A stretch of DNA of 64,000 nt, taken from contig NC_045697.1 in NCBI RefSeq assembly GCF_009834535.1, forward strand, positions 90,832,001 to 90,896,000. The letters are read 5' to 3'. Below are positions 1-12,919 of the stretch, piece after piece. The notes below the pieces were generated by a model. It was not told the DNA's origin and did no database searches. It saw nothing but the letters and a program-made list of their open reading frames with translations. This DNA comes from Camelus ferus. Lineage: Eukaryota. Position numbers and translations under genes: made by a program. Position 1 is the stretch's first letter. Every line of letters starts with the position of its first letter.

Positions 1-175
1 CAGTTCAACTCTAGCCCATTTTTAAATTGTTTTCTTGTTACTGCATCTTGAATTCATTATATATTTTGGATACAAGTACTTTTGTCAAATACTTAACAAA
101 TATTTTCTCCCAATTTTTGGCTTGACTTTTAACATTGTCTTTTGACAAGTCATTTTTAATTTTTGTTTAAAGTTG
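1..175 (-). mobile_element. Old L1 (L1M) fragment
   Basis: gcccatttttaaattg...tatattttggatacaagt...aaatattttctccca resembles antisense L1 ORF2 3' part. Confidence 0.6.
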
Positions 176-275
176 TCATTCATTTGGCAATATTTAGGTA
201 AGGTGTTACCATAAACTTTTGAATGTTAGTGAAAATGTTCATGAAAACTATTTCATTCAGAAAAACTTTTTGCAG

Positions 276-450
276 TGTCAGAGTGCCATCAGCCAAGGAA
301 ATAAGAAGCCACAAAATAGAAAAGAACGAGAAGACAAGGTTGAAAAGAGAAATAACAGTGAAAGCAAAGAAAGCCGGGAAACAAAATTAGATGGTCCTGG
401 TGAAAATGTCAGTGAGGATGAGGCTCAGTCAAGTAATCAAAGAAAGAGAG
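276..450 (+). CDS. LARP1B: LARP1B exon, N-terminal region (CQSAISQGNKKPQNRKE...SSNQRKR)
   Basis: Acceptor tttttgcag|TGT, donor G|gttagt; in frame with ORF 219-455; 175 nt. Confidence 0.93.
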
Positions 451-1019
451 GTTAGTTTATCTATATCTTCATTTTGATTTTTTGAAGAGAGTTGTAGTAA
501 TGAAGAATTATATTTAGTCAGTTGATTCCTGATAGTCACCAATGAGTATTTTGGATTTCTCTAAGGTACTGTCTGCATTGTTAACTGATTTGCTTTTATA
601 ACATTTCTGAAATGTTAGGCTTTTCTCTTTGCTTTGACCTGTATTTTATGTAAAAATGGATTGAAATTCCACCTGTAGATGTAGGTGTAGATATGTTCTT
701 GGAAAGTTATGTGATGACTATTGTTCTTACATCTGCTTTGGAACCGCTCCCTGTTTTTCAGGGAGTTCTGAGAAAATATTTTTCGAAGAGAAAATTGAAA
801 ACAGTCTTGGTCAACTTTTTTTACTCATAGCATTCCCCCAGTGAGAAAAAAATAATATCTTTACACCCTTTTCCTTATTGTTTTAGGAACTTTCCATATG
901 TCTAGTGACAGATTATGATTTAACTGTTCGATGAAAGCGTATGCTCATTCAGTGTTCCGAGTCTAGGTAAAAGTGTCTTTAGGGACTTTTAGGCAGAAAA
1001 GTTCTTTAAACTGTTGGAA

Positions 1020-1175
1020 ATCAGTGGCTGAAGCAAGGTGAATGTTGGGGAGAGTGGCAGCGGATGCTATTGGAGAGGTAGGCAAGGTCCACCTTATGCT
1101 GGGCCTTGGTAACTTGGAATTAGCAGTTTAAGTGCCATGGGAAGCCATTGAAGGATTTTAATCCATGGAGGTGAT
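1020..1175. mobile_element. L2 fragment
   Basis: ggagaggtaggca...tgggaagccattgaaggattttaa is a typical L2 segment. Confidence 0.55.
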
Positions 1176-2569
1176 GAGGCATGGGAGGGGACATTTCATA
1201 ATTAAGTAGTTGCCAGCCAACTTCTTTAATAATGGAACTGACAATCCATCATACCTTGAGCACTTACTTGAATTTTTTGTAAATGAGTATTATAACCCTT
1301 AGCTGCAGGGTAAGCATTAGGCTCACTTGATACAGTAAGCCAAGGGTAATTGCTCAGAAGTGGTGGCAGCAGGACAACCATGTGGTTGTTAGAAAAAAGT
1401 TTCCACGTTTCTTAAACACTTTAATCACTTACCTCTTCCATACTTCTCAGATACATAAGTAGTCTTTTTGACTGTCTAGAATTCATACAGATGACAAGAC
1501 TTATCCTATGCTAATGTATGTCTTCCTTGTTAGTTGCTTCAATTAAAACTTTAAAACTGATCACCCAACACTGTAAAACTATGAAGTCCAGGTGTTTTGT
1601 AGTTAGAGTTATTTCATATAATCAGGTCATGAAGGTGTGACTTTGAGCATACATTTTTATCTTCAAAACAAAGGCTTTTTTTTGACAGAGAATCTCATTG
1701 ATTAGAATTTATAGTATAGACTGTAAAAGAGCTTTTAGATTCTTTCATTGTCTCTTTTCCTCATCTGTCCATAGTTTCATGATTTATAGGGAATCAATGC
1801 TATAGTTGCACACCAGTATTCCCTTAATTACTTGGGTAGTTTTTCCTTTGCCCTGAGTCTTTGTTTATTGAAAATATATATTGGGCAGAAGCCTGAACGT
1901 TTTGAAACCTTAACTATGGAATCCATGAATAGGTAATCTTCAGAATTTCACTAGTATAACTGTTAATTATACTATCATTTGGTAACAAGAAACATTAAAT
2001 TGCTTCTGTCTCTTGACTGAAGTTAGGAAAATGTGTAGTTATAAAATGATTTATCAAATGCAGTTAGACAAAATTTTATACATAAACTTTATTTTGAGAA
2101 AGCTTGTGCATTAGTAGTATGTAGTAGCAGTAATATGCTAGACAAACTGATACTTGAGTCAGTCATATGAAGCTAAAAGTGTTTAGAATCACTAGCCAAA
2201 CCATTATCCAGGTGTGCCGTGTTCTAACACCTAAGTATCTAGTATTAGATGGGAGTACTGTGAACACTTAGTATTTTTGAATAGCTTATCCATCAGAATT
2301 GAATGTACATTTCACTTAAAAGCAAAAGAATTCCAATGATAGTCCATCACTAACTGTTCATTTGGTTTTACAAATACAGTTTGCCCAAACAAGTTTATTA
2401 AAGAGCTGTGGAAAAAGAAGAAAATAATTTTGGTACTCTACAAAGAATCCCTTGAGGACAAACTAAGTCTTTCATTTATTTAATTAAAATTTAGAGTCTT
2501 TTCACAATTGCAAAGCTTTAATGAATATTGTGCATTGTCATTAAATGATTTTATTTTGTTTTCTTCAAG

Positions 2570-2707
2570 CTAATAAGCACAAGTGGGTACCACTCCACTT
2601 AGATGATGTAAAACCAGACAGTCAAGAAAGACCAGGATCCCGGAACAGCTCAAGATGTCAACCAGAAGCAAGTAAATCATCACATAATAGGAGAAATGAT
2701 ACACGAA
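2570..2707 (+). CDS. LARP1B: LARP1B exon (ANKHKWVPLHLDDVKPDSQERPGSRNSSRCQPEASKSSHNRRNDTR)
   Basis: Acceptor ttttcttcaag|CT, donor A|gtaagt; 138 nt, phase 1-1; NKHKWVPL is characteristic of the LARP1 family. Confidence 0.95.
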
Positions 2708-2754
2708 GTAAGTCATTTTAGTCTCCTTTAGTCTGAAATAGTTCTGCTTTTGTA

Positions 2755-3880
2755 ACCTTCTGTGACTTTGATTTTTTCTGAAGACTGTAGGATACTTATG
2801 TGGTAGACACACCTTACTTTGGGTTTTCTGATGTTTCCTCAAGGTTAGATTTGAGTCATGAATTTTTGGTGGGAATACTGCAAAAGTTAAATGGTTTTCT
2901 TCACAGTGTATTACTTGGAAATACACATGATCTTGGTTTATCTTCTTATTGCTGATATTTTGAGCACTTGGTGTTAAGATGAATTACTCTAGATTTCTTT
3001 AAAGACGTTATTTCCCCCTTTATAATTAATATGTAATTTGTAAGAAGAGACTTTGAAACTGGGAATACCTGTTTTCTTATCAGACTTTCCGTATGAACTT
3101 TAGTTTCTTTCCATTGATGGTTCTTACTCTTGCCTGGTTCAGTTATTATTACCATGATCTTTGCAAATGCTGATTTTTTTTTTTTACTGGATCATTCCTT
3201 CTATATTTATACAGTGGCATTCCACTGTAAAGAACAACTTCCCATTATTATTAGTGTGGGCTTAAGGCTTCTTATTTTTTCAATGTTATAATCTGTTACC
3301 ATGATTGTTTAATTTGATGCTCAAATTGTCCCAGGTTTGGTTAGTGGGAGTCTCTTCTGGGTGGTTTCTGGGTCCTTTTTAAAAAAAGTCAACTTTACTG
3401 AGCAAATAATTACATATATTAAAATACACTCAAATTAATGCCATGTCCTCTAACCATGAGTCTACTTTTGGTCAGATTAGATTTACCTTTTCAGAATTTC
3501 ATATGAATTGAAGTATACAATATACATTATATACTCTTGTGTTCTTTTGCTCAGCATAATTATTTTTACGTTCGTCAGTGTTGTTTTATGCATCAGTAGT
3601 TTCTACCTCTTTATTGCAGAATAGTTTTTCATCGAATGAATATCCCCCTTCATTCATCTATTTGTGGATATTTGGCTTGTTTTTAGTTTTTGGCTGTTAC
3701 AAGTAGTGCTACTATGTACATTTGTGTAAAAGCCTTTGTGTGGGCATATGTCTTAGTTTCTTGGGTAAATATCTAGGAGTGGATTGCTAAGTGGTATGAC
3801 AAGTGTATATTTAACTTTATAAGAAATTGCGGAGTTGTTCCAGATTGGTTGTACCATTTTACGTTCTCACCACTATTGCT
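2755..3880 (-). mobile_element. Old L1 (L1MC/ME-type) 3'-end fragments
   Basis: tttctgatgtttcctcaaggttagatt, gatgctcaaattgtcccaggtttgg and gggtaaatatctaggagtggattgct motifs. Confidence 0.65.
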
Positions 3881-5285
3881 TCTTTCCTTTGCTGTTTGTT
3901 AGGTTATGTCTTGTGAAATTTCCTATATTTTGAATTTGTGTCTTAATGTATCACAGCAGTAGAAATAAAATGTCTCAGTGTTAATGTTCAGTTCATTCAG
4001 GTGTTGTTAGCCTTATCCATTCGTTATAAAGTGCCCCATTAAGTCTTTCATTTAATAGTATTACTTCCGTTAAGAATCATTCCCCAGGTACCTTATTTCA
4101 GCAGGGTTTGTTCAGCTTTCAGAAAGAAGAGGACAGGAGGATATGTGGAAGCAGTTTGCTGAGCATTTGGTTTTATAGTTTTTTGCTGAAATCCTTTACA
4201 TCTGATAATTTTTAAGACATGTTATCCTGTGAAAGAATTGTGCAATGAATACCTATCTAACCACCATCTAGATTTAGTAATTTTGCTATATTTATTTCAT
4301 CTACCTGCTGAATAATTTGTAAGTAACATGTAGGTACCATGACACCATACCACTGATGTCCTAAGAAAATATAGCAACTACGAAAATCAACACTAATTCC
4401 CTAATAGCATCTGAAATCTAGTCATAAGGTATATTCACTCAGTTGTCCACAAAATATGACTTTAAAATTATAAAACTTGCCTATAGAAAAATCAAGACTT
4501 TTTTTGACTTTTGTACCATTATTTCTCAAATGTATTATTTTAATGTTCTATTCTAGAAGTAATATGTTCGTAGTTAAGTACAGAGTACATAAGAAAATAC
4601 ATACAAGTATAAAGAACAACAATATAATAACACTGGGAACTTAGCACCCATTTTACAAATGCATGTTACCATTATCTTTGACATATTCCTGTGTGCCTAG
4701 TTTCACCCCACTGCCTCCCTTCTTAGGAAAAAAAAGTCTATTTTAGTTTTTTGAATGCTTTTGAAATTGGCATGAAGTATTATTCCATTTACATATTCTT
4801 TGGCACTAATTTTTTTCACTTAGTCTAAATTTTCTTAAATTTGTGCATGTTGGCTTATAATGCTGTGACTCATTCTTTTTTTTTTTTTTTATCCTGCTGA
4901 AGGATATTTCACTTTTTGATAAAATCTGTACTGTTGATAGACATGTGGATTGTTTCCAGTTTTTTGGTATTAAAGTGCTACATTGAACAGTTTTATGCAT
5001 GTTTTCCAGTAGACACATATAAAAGGTTCTCTAGGGTAATTTCTTTAGACTGCAACTCGTGAGTGTGTCATGAATTTGATGTACTGAGTCATGATCAGGT
5101 ATCTCAAATTGATAGACTAGAGTGCTTCATGTTTTTTATGACAGTTGTGTTTAAATTAAACTTTTTTTATACTGTGTTAGAGTGTAACATATACTACGGC
5201 TTACTGTGGGTTGAGGCAGAAATGTTTGAAAAAGACTGTATAAAAAAGAAGGAAAGAAATGGAGGAGGAATTGCAGGGTCTAGGA

Positions 5286-5526
5286 CAGTGGTTCTAAATG
5301 GGGGTGATTTTATTTTTCTCCACAAGGGGACATTTGGCATTGTCTAGAGGTAACACTGATTTTTACAACTGGTGGCGGGGCAATAGGGGAAGGTAATGAT
5401 GATATTGGTATCTAGTGAGTTGAGATCATGGATGATGCTAAACATGTTGCAGTACCCAGGACAGCCTACCACACTAGAGAGTTACTTAGCTTAAAATGTC
5501 AACAATGCCACAGTTGCAAAACCCTG
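5286..5526 (+). mobile_element. MER20 (hAT-Charlie non-autonomous DNA transposon)
   Basis: cagtggttct...ggggacatttggc...gatgctaaacat...aaaatgtcaac...aaaccctg; flanks gtctagga / gtctttagga are a degenerate TSD. Confidence 0.85.
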
Positions 5527-6415
5527 GTCTTTAGGATATACATACCTTTATATTTATCTGGTTGTTTCAAAACAAAGTGAGTGTACCTGTTTTTATTCTC
5601 ACTAACTTTATGCAAGTGTTCTGTCTTTTCGGTCAACATTTGGTATTATAGGACCTTAAAATATTTTTCAGACTGAGACAGATAAAATACTCTTTCATTT
5701 GCATTTCTCAAGGCTAGTAAGGCTGAGCACCATTTTTTATTGGCCTTTTGCATTTGCTTGTTTGCCCTAGCCTATCTTTTAGCTAGTTTCCCCATAAGTT
5801 GCTCTGTGTGGGTTTGTGAGTGTGTGTGTGCGTGCATGTGCACACATGTGACATTTGTATGAATTTTATATGCATTCTGAATGTAATTGTGCTGCAGATA
5901 TCTTCTCCCAGTTTGTTTTGTTTTCATTTCCCTTTTTCTTTAAAAGAAACATCTTTTACCTTAATAGAAACATCCTTTCCTTAAAAATTTTGTGAAAATA
6001 AGTATTATTATTATTGTGGAAATGTAAAAGGCAAAAGATTTATTCGATCTGAAGAGAAACCAGAGTGTGTGTGGAAATGTGTTTCTTAGGAGTTTTATAT
6101 AGTGCAAAACTCATTTTTACTGGAACTTCCTGAATCTTGAACAACACAATTTTAGCAAGCAATCTCACTATCTTTGTAGTATGTTACTTGACTTAATAGA
6201 CTATCTTCTTATTTCAGTGCATAATGTCTTTTATGCTGGACACATTTTGACGAAATTCCTCTGGGATCTCTTAAGTTTGTATCTTTCTGAAGAATGCCTG
6301 GTTACTAACAACTAGTTACCAAGTGGGGAGAAGTGGTTACCACATTTTCGTAAAGATAAACATGTTATTAACAGTCACAGATTGAAATGTATTAAAATAT
6401 TTTTATTTTAAAAAG

Positions 6416-6559
6416 GTTGGAGACGTGAAAGAGAAAAGAGAGATGATCAAGATGAAGTTTCCAGTGTGAGAAGTGAGGGTGGTAATGTCCGAGGTTCTTT
6501 TAGAGCCCGAGGAAGAGGCCGAGGTCGGGGAAGAGGACGAGGCAGAGGAAATTCTCGAT
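6416..6559 (+). CDS. LARP1B: LARP1B exon with RG-repeat tract (SWRREREKRDDQDEVSSVRSEGGNVRGSFRA(RG)7NSR)
   Basis: Acceptor tttaaaaag|GT, donor T|gtagga; 144 nt, phase 1-1; (RG)7 at 6508-6549. Confidence 0.93.
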
Positions 6560-6793
6560 GTAGGACATGATTTCTTGTTTTGTTAAATTAGATGAACTTT
6601 GAGAAAAGTATGCAAGACTTCTGTTAGTTTTCCCCACTATCCCATATAATGTTTTAACTGATTTTATTTGTCTGATAATAAAGATGGTTTTATATTTGTT
6701 ACCTTTTGAAATACTTCACTTTGGATTTTTCTTTATAGTACCTCCTTTTTAAAAAATCTGATTATTTTTTTCTTTTTCTTTTTTCACATTAAG

Positions 6794-6959
6794 TGAACTT
6801 TGATTATTCATATGGTTATCAAGAACATGGTGAAAGGTCTGACCAACCATTTCAAACAGAACTTAATACCAGTATGATGTATTACTATGATGATGGTACA
6901 GGCGTGCAGGTGTATCCAGTGGAAGAAGCATTGCTTAAAGAGTATATTAAGCGCCAAAT
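6794..6959 (+). CDS. LARP1B: LARP1B exon, start of La motif (LNFDYSYGYQEHG...VEEALLKEYIKRQI)
   Basis: Acceptor cacattaag|TG after a long pyrimidine tract, donor AT|gtaagt; 166 nt. Confidence 0.95.
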
Positions 6960-8800
6960 GTAAGTCGAACAGACAGATGGGATAGGAGAATCTGTTGCAA
7001 TATCATACTTGAATGTCATTGACAATGAATATATAACACATTTTCTAAGCTGTTTATTAGTAAAATTGAAGGATTTTAGTAGTTTTTTTCTAGGAAATGT
7101 TAGTAAAATATGTAAAATATTTTAAAAATTCATATTTGGTTCATGTTATTTACATAAAAATAGTGCTTTCTCTACTGAGGTCTTTCTCTGCCTAAAGAAT
7201 ATTGTAATGTCATGGTATAATATGAGTGATTAAATAATAAGAATGTAAAACTGCTACATATATTTGAAATTGAACAAGTGAAACTTGGCTTATTTTCAAA
7301 TAAATGTTTCTATTAAAATTTGAAAATGAATATAAATGGCAGAAAATGTTGCTGTCTGGCTTTCTTAACAGTTAGTTTCAGCATTCTAAGTTTGTTTTTT
7401 AACTTTTAAGTTCTCTTTCTCTGTGACATATTATTTAGGCTTTTTTGCTCTAGTTCTTATAATAGTTACTACCTGAATACTAAAGTTGAGGTTAGGAGGA
7501 TGTTAGTTTATTCTATTATCTTTAAGGAAAAAATAACCTCTCTGCATATTAGTATTGTGTAGGAGGTTTTGCATATTTATATAGTGTGTTTATGTAGTGT
7601 TGAGAAAAATATTCCCAAGTGATTTGCATAAGTAATTTGCTGAAATTTGACCCTTTTTTTTGTCTACAAGGGAAAGGAAAAAGGCTATTTTTGAAAGGGC
7701 ATAAGCATTTTAAAAACATCTACCTTTATTTAAAAATGAAAATGAACCATACTCTGTTACTAGAAAATCATTTATTCATCAGCATCAGCCAGGTATCTTC
7801 CTCGGATGCCTTCATGGTGGATTTGATTGGCTTACAAGATGAAGCAACCTGTTTATTTTATTCTTGCTTCTTTTGTTACAGTTGACGCAAACACTGAAGA
7901 AAAGGGCCTTTTAATGGGCAGAAAGTGCCTGGCATGTGGCTATCAACTTCAGAGCACTATTCCTGCCTTTTTTTTTTAACTCTTGCTGCCAGGTCCCTTC
8001 TGAAACCTGACAGTGGACATACAACTCCATGTCAGGATAATCGGCCTCCAATGTGCTCATAACAAGTGAGGGAGGAGCAGAGCTACTTCAGTGTTGACAA
8101 AATTTCTGATCATGCAGTGTAGTATCCAGAGCTTCTAAGGTAGGACATGATAATGTCCCCTAGGACACTGAACAAAATGTCAGACATAGCATTGGGCACG
8201 ACTCCTTTTTTTGTTATTGTTTAGCAATAGAGTTTTGGCAGATGTTAGAGAACCAGGCTGGTTTAGAATGGCTCTTTACTGTTACATTCTCTGATTACTG
8301 GACATCTGGATTTGAGGAGTCATGCTTTTGATTCTGTGTCTTTGAAGTTTCTCATACATAGATAGGCTTATTCATTAGGTTTAAATTTTCATATTTGAGA
8401 AGTTACTGAAAACTTTCTTTGCACTTGTGGAATATTATTCAAAAATATTTTGATGTAAGAGGCTTACCTGTATTATGGATGATTGAGTTTTTTAAGTCAT
8501 GTTAACTGAAGATGCATATTAATAATTTGACTTTTTGATGTCAAGGTATTAAAAATTTAAGATCTTGATTATTTCTAGCTGGGACAATCTCTTGGCATTC
8601 AGATTTAGACATAAGTATGTTTGCAGCCCACTAGAAGTTTCAAAAAGTATTTACTATAGGTAATAGAGTGATTTATGAATTTATTTACACAAAGTACTAG
8701 GTTAAAAAGACATCTTACAGTCAGAGAAGTTTTTGTCCAAGAACAGTTTTAACTTATGATTAAATCAAATGTCTTAATGTCTGAAAATTGAGAATTTAAG

Positions 8801-8940
8801 CATATGTATTATATGCCTACCTCATTTTAGGCACTGTGAAAGGGTTTTTGAAGTATAACAAAAATTAGAACACACATATTATGTGCCCACCACATGCCAG
8901 GCACTGTGAAAAGGGCTTTTGAGGTGTAACAAAAATCAGA
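8801..8940 (+). repeat. Diverged 70-bp tandem duplication
   Basis: Two units with period 70 sharing aggcactgtgaaa(a)ggg..tttga.gt.taacaaaaat.aga. Confidence 0.85.
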
Positions 8941-10287
8941 TTGTTCAATTCTTCAAGCCTTATATTTTTTTCTTCTGTGTTTAAGAAGAGTAAATGATTT
9001 ACTAGTGTTACTGAGATGTCAGTAGTACTTCACTGATCTAAGGGAGCTTTGCACTTTGATAGTTGGGTAAATATCAGAGTATAAAGAAACAACTTGGGTA
9101 TTTAAATTTCTAAAATAAGATTTTTTCCCACCCAGTGGAAAGTAGCTCAAAGCCAGTTTTCACTCATAGTTGATTTTTTTGTTCAAAGTTAGAATTCGAT
9201 CTAAATACTTCAAGGGTATCTTTAGTTATCCAGCCTTATACCCAAATATATGAGCTGATGTGCTTTCTCATAATTTGCCACCCATCTTTGAAATCTTTCT
9301 CTGTGATTTAGAAACAGTATAGGATTATTAAACTGTAGGCCATATCATTTGATGTCATATATTTTGTATTTTCTGCATTTTCCCTCATTTATCCTCTTGT
9401 TCTCTCTCTCTAGAATCTTGTTCTCATTTTTCTATTCACAGGCTGAATTTGAACACTTGTTTCTCAAATGCCATTATTAAATGTATTCTTCATATTATCT
9501 TTTATTTTGAAACTTATAGTTATTGGTCATACACTTTGTGTATAAGTTGCTTCTGTATTTCCCTGCCATGTAAATACCTCATGGTGTTGTATATATTCTT
9601 TGTTTAGCTATATTCTGTTCACTCTTACTATCTTTTACAGTTGAGCCCATCAAAGGGGGAAATCTTGAATGATTTGAATATAAAATTGTGTGTGTACACC
9701 TGTGCCTATGTATTCACTAACGCTTAGTTTTTACTAAGCATTGTGCTGATTGCTAAAGTTCAGAAGTATTAAACAATGTCAGTACCCTGCCACTATAGAA
9801 AGCAAAACAAACTACTCTGTAAACTTGACAAAGAATACTTCCAGTATATCATTATTCTCAGTGATTGGAAAAAGTTGGAAGGCAGTCTTTTGAGATGTGT
9901 TTAGCTTTTTTATTTAGTGTTTAAATGAAGTAAATTAAACTAGCTTTGAAATGAAATTTTTCACTGAATTGACTCATTGAAAATGTCAATTATTGAACTA
10001 TTTTAAAGTATAATGCTGGTTAATTCTTCATACATAGGTAGAAGTTAATGTTAGTTTTCGGAAAGATAATCGGTATTCTAAATTTCTTTCTACTTATGTG
10101 GAAGAGAAATTACTAACTTAGTAGGGTTTTGCTGTTACTGTATTTACCTTACTACCTATTTAATTAAGTGTATATAATGTTATTAATAAAGTAGTTTTAT
10201 AGCAATTGATACTATAAGCAATAGACATTTTTATTTCCTATCGAATAGATTGGTGAAACTTGTTTACTTCTCTATTTCTCTTTTCAG

Positions 10288-10432
10288 TGAATATTATTTC
10301 AGTATAGAAAATTTGGAACGGGACTTCTTTCTTAGGAGAAAGATGGATGAGCAAGGTTTCTTGCCTATTTCCCTGATTGCTGGTTTCCACCGTGTTCAGG
10401 CTCTCACTACAAACCTTAATCTCATTTTAGAG
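10288..10432 (+). CDS. LARP1B: LARP1B exon, La motif core ([48 protein letters not shown])
   Basis: Acceptor ctcttttcag|T, donor GAG|gtaatt; 145 nt; canonical La-motif signature. Confidence 0.97.
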
Positions 10433-10904
10433 GTAATTATTCATTTACAAAACAGTCTACTTTCTATTAATGCTGTGAACCTAAAACTGTTCTGAAAAGT
10501 AAAGTCTATTAAAAATTTTTAAGAAAAAAGCAAAAACAAGTCTGTAGTTGCCTAAGGCTTAGACTGCATCGTGGCTTTTTTCTATTTTGTAAAACCCAAA
10601 TAAATGTCTAACCTTGGAAACCCTTCAAAGAATTACTAATGATGTTTTCACATGTTTTTAACTAGATCTTTGGATGGGTTGAACACCAACACAGACTTGA
10701 ACTTACTGGGGTATTCTTGGTCCTCTAGTCTTCAGATTGCTATAAAATAGCATATATTCCCATAAAAATTTTGAGAATTTTTCATGTGCTACAGAAGGGC
10801 TGACTTAAAATAGTATTTCCAGTATTTCCAGCATTCTTGATGATTTTATTAAATCTCTTGTCTGTCCTGTTCTAGAAGTGCTTACAGTTTTTGATTTTCT
10901 GTTT

Positions 10905-11790
10905 GCTACATACATACAATCAAATTTGCCTTTTTGCTGTATAGTTCTATGAATTTTGACAGACTTAGACACTTGTGCCTCCCGTGTAACCAGTCACTTT
11001 CCCCACTAACAGCCCCCGGGGAACCACTGATCTGATTTTTTGTCCCTCTAGTTTTGCCTTTTCCAGAATATCCTATAAATAAATTACACAGTTTGTAGCC
11101 TTTTGTTTCTGATTTCCTTGACTCAGCTTAGTGCTTTTGAGATTCATTCGTGTTATTGCATGTAGTAGTTTTTTCTTGTTGTTGACTAGTATTTCATAGT
11201 AAGGATGTACTATAATTTATTCAGTCACTTGATAGACATTGAGATTGTTTCCAGTTTTTTGAGATTATGAATAAAGCATGGATCTTTGCGTGTACCTATG
11301 TTTTCATTTCTGTTGGGTAAATATTGAGGATTGAGATTGCTGGAATGTGTGGTAAGTATATGTTTAACAGTAAGAAATTGCCAATCTATTGTCCAAAGTG
11401 GATTTAACCATTTTGCATGCCACCATTTTGTATGAAAGTTCCATTTGCTCCATGGCCTCATCACTTGGTATTGTCAATTTTTTGAATAATAGATATGTAG
11501 TGGTTTGTCATTGTGGTTTTAATTTGTATTTCCCTAATGACTAATGATGTTGAGCATCTTTTTATGTTCTATGTGTTTATTTGCTGTCAGTGTACCTTAT
11601 TTGTTGAAATGTCTATGCAAATCACCTGCTCATTTTTATTGGAGTATTTGGGTTTTATTTAATCACTGTAAGAGTTTTTTCTGGATATAAGTCTTTTAAG
11701 TGTATTTTACAATTTTTTTTTCCAGTCTTTGGTTCATCTTTTAATTTTCTTAAAAACTCTTTGAAAGTCTGGCTATTTTGGCAAATATTT
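10905..11790 (-). mobile_element. L1 (L1MB-like) 3' portion
   Basis: aaccactgatctg, ttttgccttttccagaat and tgtggttttaatttgtatttccctaatgactaatgatgttgagcatctttt. Confidence 0.8.
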
Positions 11791-12919
11791 TGAACACATG
11801 TGCTCTATATTTTAAAAACCAGCTATAGGAAAGTCTAGGTTTTTAAAACACTATTAACTAGTGATTTGTTATAAAACTAATGATTCTTTGTTTTATGAAA
11901 AAAATTACTTGGAGCAATACCACTATTATATTTATTTATAGACAGTAAGTTTATTTAAAAGTTTCTGTATACTTTAATTTGAAGAAAGTTAAATTTTTTT
12001 CTTGCAGAGTTTATCCTTGGAAAAAAGTACTATAATTATGCTTATAGTAGAATGAGATTATTAACTATGGACTTTGTGCAATAGCAAAGATCCAGCTCAC
12101 TGTCATTTTTGAAAAAGTTACTGATTTCCCCCAATCTCTGTACTTCTGTAGGAACCGGTAACTTCATTGCATGCTTTTTTGGTCTGTCTGTATTCCCATT
12201 AAGTCTTCAAACACGATTTTCAGAGCGCTGATTATGTTTCTAAAGCTTTTATCAGTAAGGAAGGGATATTTAATAAAACTATTGCGTTACTGACATGGGT
12301 TAGCATTAATACATAGTGGCTGATTTACAGTAAGAAATAGTAGTACTCTGAAATGCAGAAAAACACAAGCATAGTGATTTAGAACAACACAGGCCTGCAT
12401 TCATTTAACATTTATATGTACCTACCATTTATTGCACCGGGAAAGATGTCTTTTCCCTTAAGGTGGCAAGGCTTCATTAGGCTTTGTAGTATAAACATGC
12501 TAATTTAGAGCATGCACTTGAACTTGCATACATATATCCTCGTAGCTCAGGGACTTCTGGCAGTGTCCTGAGACTTCTGTAAAGTGGAAATTGTAACAAT
12601 GCATAACTTCATAGGCTTGCCATGAGTATGAAATATGTAATGGCAGTATCTGGCTCTAAATAAGAGTTTACTGTTGCTATTAGTCTTCAAGGATGTGCTT
12701 CTCTTGATCACGCCTTCTATCTTCAGTTCATTTCTACCAGCTTTTTCCTAAATGTGTTTGAATATGCTCAGGTCTTTCCTTTCTTGAAAAAACTATCAAA
12801 AGAATCAAAGTATACTTTAGCTGACACCGATATCTACCCTGGTTGAGTAGATCTACACAGCCAAATTTAGTGAGTCTGTTTTTTCCTCTCCCATTTATGT
12901 TTTTTCTTACGGCATTTTT

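Noticed and set aside
190..275. Upstream extension of the first exon (ORF start 219) or an extra exon ending at ag|gtaagg (~198)
   Set aside because: The ORF start is TTG, similarity to LARP1B begins only at the 276 acceptor, and upstream sequence is L1-derived.
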